Source of the DNA: Dehalococcoidia bacterium
GTDB lineage: Bacteria; Chloroflexota; Dehalococcoidia; Lucifugimonadales; VXLM01
Direction of reading: 5' to 3'
DNA: 64,000 nt
Assembly (NCBI GenBank): GCA_963662435.1
Contig: OY759598.1
Span: 776,507-840,506 of the forward strand
Shown piece after piece: positions 22,046 to 30,120 of the stretch. The number at the start of each line of letters is the position of its first letter. Within the stretch, counting starts at the first letter, position 1. Both the position numbers and the translations under genes were made by a program. The notes under the pieces are model-generated. The model searched no databases. It was not told the origin of the DNA and saw nothing but the letters and a program-made list of their open reading frames with translations.

Positions 22046-22276
22046 ATGGACACCCACACCTTTGCCGGTCTGCTGGCGGCGACGCCGCCGGCGAACCTGA
22101 GCATCCTAGAGCTCACGGCGGAGCTCACACGGCCCGACGGCACCCTCGATCTGGACGCCGCGGCCGCAAGGCAGAAGGATGTCGAAATGGCCTGCGCCCA
22201 GGCGCAGGACTACGCCTCGGCCACCGGGCGGCTGCTGGAGGCGCTGCGATGGAAGCTGCGGCCCCGGCGCTCCTGA
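22046..22276 (+). CDS. Hypothetical protein
   Basis: AGGAGG RBS, operon position, high GC3. Confidence 0.65.
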   Translation: MDTHTFAGLLAATPPANLSILELTAELTRPDGTLDLDAAAARQKDVEMACAQAQDYASATGRLLEALRWKLRPRRS

Positions 22277-23097
22277 GCGGCCTTTCGGAAAAACTCCTGC
22301 GGCGTCCGCCGTCGCTGCGGGAGCTGGTGACCGTCATCGGCTACGCCGACGACTACGCATGGTTCACGGGGCTGGTGGGCCGCCTCTTTCCCGGAGAGGC
22401 GGAGGCGGCGCTCTCGGCCCCCGACCTGCGCACGAGGGTGGAATCCTTTACAAGACTCTTCGCCGAGCGCCACTTTCCCCTGTACATGCCGGTGATCGAG
22501 TTCTGGACGGACTTCCGCGAGGAGGAGCCACCTTGGTCCTGGATGCGCAGGGGCATCCCCTTCGACCTGATGGGCTTCGGCTACGACGGCATGCACGAGC
22601 TGTGGCACGGCTACCGCGAGGGCCTCTCCGCCCTCGTCCTACCGGCCCGGCCCGCCGACTCCTACTACGACGGCCCCGACGGGTTACGCACGGCATGGCT
22701 GGAGTGTGCCGCACAGCGCATCCCGCAGACGACTCTGGAGAGGATCCCGAAGGGCGGCATACCTCTGGAGGACCTCAACGGGGCGCTGAAGGGAACGAGG
22801 TTCGAGGGGGCGGCGCAGGCCGCCGCCTGGGTCTTCGCCGAGACCGGCAACTTCTTCCTCGACAACAGTTACGACGATGGCTCGTACGACGGGTTCTGCG
22901 ACCCCTGGGACGACGACATCATCGCCGAGGGCACCGAGGAGTGGCGCAAGGCCAGGGCCCTCATGGACTCGGTCTGCAAACTGGCCGACTGGCTGGAGGA
23001 GGACCTCCCCGGCCGCTTCGCCGAGATGCTGGACACCATCCTGCCGCTGCTGCCCAAACAAGATCAAGACAAGGAGTACATCGACCATGACCAGTGA
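22249..23097 (+). CDS. Hypothetical acidic protein of the PRTRC-like operon (protein F position)
   Basis: Overlapping operon arrangement, high GC3. Confidence 0.7.
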   Translation: MEAAAPALLSGLSEKLLRRPPSLRELVTVIGYADDYAWFTGLVGRLFPGEAEAALSAPDLRTRVESFTRLFAERHFPLYMPVIEFWTDFREEEPPWSWMRRGIPFDLMGFGYDGMHELWHGYREGLSALVLPARPADSYYDGPDGLRTAWLECAAQRIPQTTLERIPKGGIPLEDLNGALKGTRFEGAAQAAAWVFAETGNFFLDNSYDDGSYDGFCDPWDDDIIAEGTEEWRKARALMDSVCKLADWLEEDLPGRFAEMLDTILPLLPKQDQDKEYIDHDQ

Positions 23098-23791
23098 AGT
23101 CGAGAGGACGGAGTGGTCCCTGCCGGGCCCTTCGGACTCGCCCAGGGACGACCTGAAGGTGCAGCTGGAAATCTACGGGGAGACCATCCTGATGCGGGGC
23201 TTCGACGGCGACTCGACCTGGGTCAGGACCGTCTCGGCCGACGAGATCGCGGGCGTGTTCATCCAGCACCTGGGGTTCTCCTCCGGCCTGCTGCCGCAGG
23301 ACACCCTGTGGTGGGGCCAGGGCGAGACCGGGCAGGTGGCTGCCCTCTGGAGGCCGCCGCAGGTCTGGCCGGTCGCCCTGCAACGGGAGGCGTTCAAGCC
23401 CCCCGCACGGCTCCGGCTTCCGATGCCGGGGCTGGTCTTCGTCTGCTCGCCGGCACGGGCGCCCTGGGTCTTCGCGGCCCTGTCACGCCCCACTGACCCC
23501 GATGAGCAGCTCTACAGGATGCCCGCATTCAACGTCTTCGGCGACGGACGGGTCTGCCCCGGAAGCCACAAGTTCCCCAAGGAGGTGGGACGGATACCGG
23601 AGTCCTTCTTCCAGTCCTACTTCTCGGGCACCGGGGACTCCCGCGAGCGCTCGAATAAGCACCCCGACAACCTGCAGGCGCTATGGGAGGAGATAGATGG
23701 AACAGTCGAATACCCTGTTGAGGACCTTGTTCCCCAGTGCACGGTGACCCACGCCATGGCGGTCTCTGAGGGACGACTTGGGTACCGCTAG
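23087..23791 (+). CDS. Prokaryotic E2 (family D, PRTRC protein B-like)
   Basis: LPMPGLVF...ALSRP...LYRMPAFNVFGDGRVCPGS with candidate catalytic Cys; AAGGAG RBS before ATG 23087. Confidence 0.8.
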   Translation: MTSEVERTEWSLPGPSDSPRDDLKVQLEIYGETILMRGFDGDSTWVRTVSADEIAGVFIQHLGFSSGLLPQDTLWWGQGETGQVAALWRPPQVWPVALQREAFKPPARLRLPMPGLVFVCSPARAPWVFAALSRPTDPDEQLYRMPAFNVFGDGRVCPGSHKFPKEVGRIPESFFQSYFSGTGDSRERSNKHPDNLQALWEEIDGTVEYPVEDLVPQCTVTHAMAVSEGRLGYR

Positions 23792-24416
23792 GGACGTGCC
23801 GGGACCGGTGGGCTACCTGGTCAATCGCAAAGAAGGGCTGACGGGAGCGCAGGGGATCGGATACGACTACGTGCTCGGATCGGGCGGCCTCTACGTCCAG
23901 TCCGAGAGCGCCCACCTGACGGCGCGGGTGCCGGTCGCGCCCTGCGGGGTGCGGGGGCTCGCCCCCGTGAACTGGAAGGTGGAGCTGACGAACGGCCCCA
24001 TCCCGGCGGGCCTCTTCGAGGTCGGCCTGTGCTGGTTCCAGGACGACCCCGACACCGAGCGGTTCTTCGCCGTGCGGTGGGACGGGCGCTCCTACCAGCG
24101 GGTGGTGCCGCCCCAGGTCGGGACCGCCACTTCCCTCGCCTACACGCCGCCCCCCGGGGTGGTTGCCGAGTTCCATTCCCACGGACACTCCCGCGCCTTC
24201 TTCTCGGCCACCGACGACCGGGACGAGCAGGGGTTCCGCATATACGGCGTAGCCGGACGCCTCGACAGCGACCGGCCCGAGCTGAGCCTCCGGGTCGGCG
24301 TCTACGGCCACTTCGCCCCGGTGCAGTGGCCGCAGGTCTTCGACGGCCGGAACCCCGGCCTCCGGCTGATTGGGGAAGAGCCGGACGAAACCAATCCAAT
24401 AGAAGGAGGCGAGTGA
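23778..24416 (+). CDS. JAB/MPN metallopeptidase (PRTRC protein A-like)
   Basis: JAMM motif EFHSHGHSRAFFSATDDRDE with upstream TERF. Confidence 0.88.
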   Translation: MGTARDVPGPVGYLVNRKEGLTGAQGIGYDYVLGSGGLYVQSESAHLTARVPVAPCGVRGLAPVNWKVELTNGPIPAGLFEVGLCWFQDDPDTERFFAVRWDGRSYQRVVPPQVGTATSLAYTPPPGVVAEFHSHGHSRAFFSATDDRDEQGFRIYGVAGRLDSDRPELSLRVGVYGHFAPVQWPQVFDGRNPGLRLIGEEPDETNPIEGGE

Positions 24417-25229
24417 ATGCCCTACTACCTGGACAACGCGTTCCTCTTGGATAACCCGTGGATCACCGTGGTCGGCTGCGGCGGCACCGGCGGCTTCGTC
24501 GCCGAGGGCCTCTGCCGGCTCTTCCAGGGGCGGGAGGCCACCATCGTCCTGGTCGACCACGACCGGGTGGAGCCCCACAACCTGCTGCGCCAGAACTTCT
24601 ACGCAAACGACGTGGGGAAGTTCAAGAGCCAGGCCCTGGCAGACAGGCTGGCCAAAGCGTACCGGCGTCCCGTGGGTTACTCGGTGTACCCCTTCCGGGA
24701 GTACGACGAATCCCGCCCCAACGGGCACGGCTACCCCGGCCTCGTCGACTACGGCGAGAGCCTCATCATCGGCTGCGCCGACAACGCCGCCGCACGCAGG
24801 GCCATGGCGGAGTGCCTGCCGGGCGACCCGCGCCGGTGGCTCATCGACGCGGGCAACGACACCAACTGGGGCCAGGTCCTGGTGGGTAACGTCGCCCACC
24901 AACGGGCGTGGGACGAGCCCGCCTTCGTGGAACAGACCTGCTACCTGCTGCCCGCGCCCACGCTCCAGCGCCCCGACTTACTCACAGCCGTGTCGGCCAG
25001 GCCGCCGGACGTGGACTGCGCCGCCGCCCTCGACCTCACCGACCAGGACCCGACCATCAACCAGATGATGGCTTCGCTGGTGCTACAGGTGGTCCGCCGC
25101 ATGGTGGCGGGCACTTGCCCATTCATGGGCCTCTACCTGGACATGGACCTGGGGACGGTCACCCCCACCTACGCCACGCCGGAGGCGGCGGAACGGCTGC
25201 TGGGGGCCGACCCTGAGCCTGAGTCCTAG
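24417..25229 (+). CDS. ThiF/E1-like adenylyltransferase (PRTRC type)
   Basis: VGCGGTGG, DHDRVEPHNLLRQ, GCADN, DAGN, DCAAAL. Confidence 0.9.
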   Translation: MPYYLDNAFLLDNPWITVVGCGGTGGFVAEGLCRLFQGREATIVLVDHDRVEPHNLLRQNFYANDVGKFKSQALADRLAKAYRRPVGYSVYPFREYDESRPNGHGYPGLVDYGESLIIGCADNAAARRAMAECLPGDPRRWLIDAGNDTNWGQVLVGNVAHQRAWDEPAFVEQTCYLLPAPTLQRPDLLTAVSARPPDVDCAAALDLTDQDPTINQMMASLVLQVVRRMVAGTCPFMGLYLDMDLGTVTPTYATPEAAERLLGADPEPES

Positions 25230-25270
25230 AGCCCTCACCAGTCCATTCAGAGAAGCAACAAGGAGAAAAC

Positions 25271-25657
25271 ATGTCTTACGCAAACGGGACCACCACGACC
25301 GCGGCGACCATTTGGCAGGACAACCACAGCGGGCTCCGCAGGCACAAGCTCATGACGAAGGAGCTCGGGGATACGATCCCCGCCCTCTACGCCAACGAAA
25401 ACGTCGCAGACTACGACGCCGTCCTCGCACCGGCCAAGCTTTTCAGCCCATACAACGGTTGGCGCTGGTACATCACCGAGTGGGAGGCGGAGACCGGGCT
25501 GTGCTTCGGCCTCGTCGAGGGGTTCGAGACGGAGCTGGGCTACTTCTCGCTCGACGAGCTGGCGGAGGTGACGGTGCTCGGCGGTTTACCCGCCGTGGAA
25601 CGGGATCTCTACTGGAAGCCGCAGACCCTCGGCGAGATCAAGCAAGGGTTGGCCTGA
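25271..25657 (+). CDS. DUF2958-family protein
   Basis: KLFSPYNGWRWYITE...FGLVEGFETELGYFSLDEL...VERDLYW. Confidence 0.8.
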   Translation: MSYANGTTTTAATIWQDNHSGLRRHKLMTKELGDTIPALYANENVADYDAVLAPAKLFSPYNGWRWYITEWEAETGLCFGLVEGFETELGYFSLDELAEVTVLGGLPAVERDLYWKPQTLGEIKQGLA

Positions 25658-25701
25658 CGGCACGCCCGCAGAGAGCGCATATGTAAGGAAGGGAGAAGAC
25701 C

Positions 25702-26241
25702 ATGCCTGAGAAAGTCGGAACGGAGACGACCCGGTCGGATGGGCCGGGCGCAGACGAGAGTCTCTGCGGCGGAGTGGCGGACGAAAGTCCTGCCGCCACT
25801 GCCGTTGAGCAGGACACCGGGGCGGAGAACACGCAGGAGACCCAGGTCTCCGGTGACGCCGGGGAGCAGGGCACAGGAGAGGAGAACATGCGGGAGGCCC
25901 GGGGCAACGACGGCAACGGGGGCGAGACCGCTCCCCTTGAGGACCTAAGGGTCGTCGTATCCATAAAGGGCGAGAGGGGCACCATCGGCGTGCAGCAACC
26001 CTCGTCCGATCCCCACATCGAGTCATTCGACGACCGTGACCTGTCCGGTCTGACCGGCGAACTGCCGGCCGTGATCGAGAGGGCCAGGACCGGTTGGCAG
26101 GAGTCGCCGAAGCACCCCGCCTACCAGCGACCCGCTCCACCGGTCAGGCGCCGGAACCGGCGGGGGCAAGGGGCGGCCCAGGCTTCAAACGCCGGTGCAG
26201 AGACGGAGCAGGCGCAGCAGCAGACTCTTAAGCTGTTCTAG
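25702..26241 (+). CDS. Hypothetical protein, acidic disordered N-terminus
   Basis: RBS, operon position, C-terminal LKLF resembling a clamp-binding motif. Confidence 0.65.
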   Translation: MPEKVGTETTRSDGPGADESLCGGVADESPAATAVEQDTGAENTQETQVSGDAGEQGTGEENMREARGNDGNGGETAPLEDLRVVVSIKGERGTIGVQQPSSDPHIESFDDRDLSGLTGELPAVIERARTGWQESPKHPAYQRPAPPVRRRNRRGQGAAQASNAGAETEQAQQQTLKLF

Positions 26242-26422
26242 GGAACGGGGCCGGCGCGGACGCCGGACCGCGAGCTACGGGAGGGGTCGTCGCCAAAGGA
26301 GCGACGGCCTCTCCTTCCCACACCCATATGTGCGGTGTTTTTGGCGTTTCAGGGGAGCCTTGAAAGGAGACAGTTAGATGGAAATCGCAGAGAACAAGCA
26401 GATTGAGACGAATTCGGAGGAC

Positions 26423-26522
26423 AGCAGGAGCGGGAGAAGGAGCCGGTCGGTGCTGCACTCTAGGCCGCAGTCAACCGGAGGGTAGGTCGCAGCAAGAGGC
26501 GACGGCTTCCCCTGCACATCCA
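26423..26522 (+). repeat. Copy 2 (diverged) of ~100-bp direct repeat
   Basis: Encodes QEREKEPVGAAL* versus QEREKEPVGAGR* in copy 1. Confidence 0.85.
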
Positions 26523-26527
26523 TGTGT

Positions 26528-28216
26528 GGGCCTGTCTCATAAGCGATGTTGCGACCGACTTGGATCAACGATGGTCACCGAACGGGTTAGCCTGTAGGAC
26601 AGCAGGCAGGTAAGGGGACTCACGACCAATGGTGACCGCTGTTATCGTGACAGTTCTAGGAAGCGAAGTAAGGCTTTGGGCCGCGAAAGAAGTAGGTCGG
26701 CAAAGACGCCAGAGCACCACACCTTCCAGAGGGTGCGCAGGTTGAAGGCTGTGGCTAGCAAAGTCCACTCGGATGACACGTTGACCCTGCCGCGCAGCAG
26801 GAACCGCCGAGCCGCCAGTTGCTCCTTGATGATTCCGAAGACTGGTTCGACCAACTGCTTTCTCCGCTTGTACGCAATCCAGGCTTCGTCAGTAGACATC
26901 CAGACACGATGATGGCGCAACGCAGCGTCGTAAGGCCCTATCGTCACACTACGGCCGAACCTTTCGGACCTCGTACAGACTCCGAAGGCTGGGCACGCCT
27001 GGCAGACGCCTTCAGAGGTTCGGTACAGACGCCACGGGACTCCATTCCAGCGTTGGATACGAAGGAAATCGAGCTTCTGTCCCTGTGGACATCTCAAGCT
27101 GTCACTGTGCTCGTCATAGATAAATCGGTCCTTGTGATACGGCTCCCCGAGCGACCGTTGGCTCGTCGTCTCCGGCATCGCAACTGACTGGCCTCTACGA
27201 GCGCAATCTTCCAAGCCCTTCCCGGAGTGGTAAGCGGCATCGGCCAACGTCATCTCTGATTTCGTGCCCGTCGTCTCCTCAGCCTGCTCTATCATGGGAA
27301 CCAACTGTGTTTCGTCACGGCTACTGTCTGCCATGTCAACCGCCGTGATAAACATGCCGGTCGCTCCCCCGTCAGATTCCAAGGGTGAGACCATGGCCTG
27401 GGCGTTGTAGCCGAGCAACACGCTGCCACGCGTCTTCATCAGCCGGGCGACTCCGTCCGTGAGGTTGATGCGCTTCTGGCGTTCCTTACTCTCAAGGTCG
27501 GCCATCGCCTGCCTCACTTGCTCCCTCAGCATCTCCTTATTGGCCAGCTCCCCTGGCAGATGGACGGCGGGCGTATCTTCTCCCGCTTCGTTCTGAGCCT
27601 CAAGGTCACGTATCGCCGCCTCTACCCGGTCCAATAACTTGCGCAGTTCCTCAGCACTGTGGGTCCTGTATACCGATGCGTTGGCGCTCACCTTCGTACC
27701 ATCCACCGCCTGTACCGCCAGGTCCAGCAGCTTCATCGTGACTGCCGTGTGAACTGTTCTCGCAAACAGCTTCCTCATGGACTGCCTGTGTGCTTTGTAG
27801 AATCGCCACAGGGTATTGTGGTCTGGATGCTGCCATCCTGTCAGCCACAGGTACGGTATCTGGTCCCGGCAGGCCGTCTCCAACTTGCGACAAGAGCGAA
27901 CCCCGGTCATAAAGCCGTACAGCCAAATGCTCAACAGCGCCCGAGGATGGTAGGCTGGAGCCCCCATCGGGTGTCCTTCTATCTCCACGCCAAGCTCCGC
28001 CCAGTCGTCCCTATCCAACGCGTCCACGAACTCAGCCACGAACCGCGCCGGGTGGTCCAGTGGCAACAGATCGTCAAGCGATGGCGGCAACAGCCAAGCC
28101 TGCTCTCGGTCCATGTCTCGAAGCGGCATCACATTCGCTCCTAACTCAATGTCGCTTGAGAAGGTACACCGAACACAGTTCTTATCGCCAGCTCTCACGA
28201 CTTATGAGACAGGCTC
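26528..28216 (-). mobile_element. IS1182-family insertion sequence
   Basis: 16-bp IRs GGGCCTGTCTCATAAG (26528-43) and CTTATGAGACAGGCTC (28201-16), 1 mismatch; 4-bp target duplication GTGT. Confidence 0.92.
26642..28129 (-). CDS. IS1182-family DDE transposase
   Basis: LLPPSLDDLLPLDHPARF, PAYHP, PDHNTL, AVDGTKV, GYNAQ, ADAAY, VEPVFGIIK. Confidence 0.93.
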   Translation of the reverse strand: MPLRDMDREQAWLLPPSLDDLLPLDHPARFVAEFVDALDRDDWAELGVEIEGHPMGAPAYHPRALLSIWLYGFMTGVRSCRKLETACRDQIPYLWLTGWQHPDHNTLWRFYKAHRQSMRKLFARTVHTAVTMKLLDLAVQAVDGTKVSANASVYRTHSAEELRKLLDRVEAAIRDLEAQNEAGEDTPAVHLPGELANKEMLREQVRQAMADLESKERQKRINLTDGVARLMKTRGSVLLGYNAQAMVSPLESDGGATGMFITAVDMADSSRDETQLVPMIEQAEETTGTKSEMTLADAAYHSGKGLEDCARRGQSVAMPETTSQRSLGEPYHKDRFIYDEHSDSLRCPQGQKLDFLRIQRWNGVPWRLYRTSEGVCQACPAFGVCTRSERFGRSVTIGPYDAALRHHRVWMSTDEAWIAYKRRKQLVEPVFGIIKEQLAARRFLLRGRVNVSSEWTLLATAFNLRTLWKVWCSGVFADLLLSRPKALLRFLELSR

Positions 28217-28524
28217 GTGTGTGGCCTTTTTTGCGTTTCACACGAACGGCGTCAAATGTGTCCGGCAGATTACACTATGTGATCGAAGCAAATGGCTGGA
28301 ATGGAGGACCCTCAGTGAAGGCTTGGCTGCAATACAGCGTACGCCCAGTCGCTGTTAATCCCATCCAGAAACAAGACTCCCGAAGGTGCATGCAGAGTCG
28401 TCAGAATACCAATCGTACTCCTCGACGACATGGTCGAATCTCATTGGACGCGGAGAGTGAGGAAAGGCCTGAAACTGAAAATCTGCCAGGCGCTTGAATC
28501 TCACCTGTGACAACCTACGTGGAG

Positions 28525-29820
28525 CTACGTCCCCGATTCCGCGTCGCCCGCTGGCTCTCCTACCACTGCATCTGGTTCTTGCGAGTCGATCCGCTCGATC
28601 GTCACCTCGATGATCCGTCGCTCGTCTGCCTGGGAGACTCCGAAGCGGTGCCGATTGATCACCACGGTCTCTCCGATACGCGGCATGCGTCGCGCCTCGT
28701 TGAGGATCAGGCCGGCCACCGTCGAGACGCCGGGGCGAGAGAGGTCAACCCCCAACTCCGAGCCGAGCGAGGCGAGATCTCGCGCGCCCTCGACTACCCA
28801 GTGCTGGCCCTCGTGGCGCGACTGCTCTCCACGATCGACTCCGGTCTCGCTCCGGATCTCGCCGACCAGTTCTTCCATGATGTCTTCCAGCGTGACGATG
28901 CCAGCGAACGCCCCGATCTCGTCGACGATGGTGACCATGTGCGCCCCGTCGAGCTTCATCCGCTCAAGTACGTGTCCAATCGACGCGCTTGTCGGCTCAA
29001 AGAGCGGTCTGCGCATTAGCTCGCGCACCGGCTGGTCGACGTGCGAGGCAGCAGCAGCGGCGCTGATTTCGCTGATGTGGAGGAGGCCCACGACATTGTC
29101 GGGCTCTGCGTCGAACACTGGCATGCGGAGGTAGCCGTTCTCCGTCAGCCGCCGCGACGCAGCACCAACAGACTCGGCTGCCTCGACTGCCACAACGTTC
29201 GTACGGTGCGTCATGATCGTCTGGACCTGGCGCTCGGCAAGATCGAGCGCTCCCAGCATCACTCCGCTGGCCTGCTCCTCCACGGTGCCCTTCTCGGCGC
29301 CGAGATGGATGGCGGTCCGCAACTCGCCCGGCGTGAGTGACTGCGGCGATCCCGTGCGTTCGCCGCCGAGCGCGAGCATCAAGCGTGACACGCGATCAAG
29401 GACCGCTACCGCCGGTCGAGCCAGACGAGCCCAGAGCGCCAAAGGCGGGGCATAGAGACGGGCCACCACCCAGTTGTGCTCGAGGGCGACCGTCTTCGGG
29501 CCAATTTCGCCGACCACGACGAGCAGCGCGGTGACCACGAGCGTAGCTGCCAGCAGCCCCATGCCGCCGGGCGCGATCTGGGTCGCGATTATGGTCCCCA
29601 CGGCCGCCGCCGCCGTGTTTGTAAGGTTGTTGCCCAGCAGAATGGCCGAGAGCAACCGGGTCGGTTGGGAGAGGAGCGCAGATACACGCGCCGCACCCCT
29701 TCGCCTCTCGCGCAGGTAGGTCTCGACGCGCGTCGCGTCGAGGGAGAAGAAGGCGGTTTCGGAACTGGAAAAGAACGCTGATAGGAACAGGAAGCCTATT
29801 AGTAGGGCGACATACTCCAC
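28525..29820 (-). CDS. CNNM/HlyC-CorC family transporter (DUF21 + CBS pair + CorC)
   Basis: SAFFSSSETA, LLGNNL, GEIGPK, CBS motifs, TLEDIMEELVGEI; start re-set to GTG 29820. Confidence 0.9.
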   Translation of the reverse strand: MEYVALLIGFLFLSAFFSSSETAFFSLDATRVETYLRERRRGAARVSALLSQPTRLLSAILLGNNLTNTAAAAVGTIIATQIAPGGMGLLAATLVVTALLVVVGEIGPKTVALEHNWVVARLYAPPLALWARLARPAVAVLDRVSRLMLALGGERTGSPQSLTPGELRTAIHLGAEKGTVEEQASGVMLGALDLAERQVQTIMTHRTNVVAVEAAESVGAASRRLTENGYLRMPVFDAEPDNVVGLLHISEISAAAAASHVDQPVRELMRRPLFEPTSASIGHVLERMKLDGAHMVTIVDEIGAFAGIVTLEDIMEELVGEIRSETGVDRGEQSRHEGQHWVVEGARDLASLGSELGVDLSRPGVSTVAGLILNEARRMPRIGETVVINRHRFGVSQADERRIIEVTIERIDSQEPDAVVGEPAGDAESGT

Positions 29821-30120
29821 CAAAGGTGCACCTCCACGGCTATCCCACGCCGCGGCTGCGCCCCGTGACGGTCTGATGTCCCCTGCTTCGCAGCTAAGGA
29901 TGCTTTGAACTAAGTAGGCGTTATTGTGGCACGGTGAGGAGGACCGGTCAATTCCATTTCTAGGATGAGAGAGAACTGGCGTTGCTTGACCTGGCTCACT
30001 CAAGACTAGGGGACCGGGTCGCACCTATCGGCGGGGACATCGGTTGAAGTATCGGTTCCCACGGAAGGTCTCAGGAACCGACAGGTGGACCCTGCAGGCC
30101 GGCCGGGTGCCTAACTTGGC

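Noticed and set aside
29821..30024. N-terminal extension of the CNNM ORF (also the DUF262 extension 5406-5540)
   Set aside because: Non-homologous-looking sequence upstream of better-placed starts
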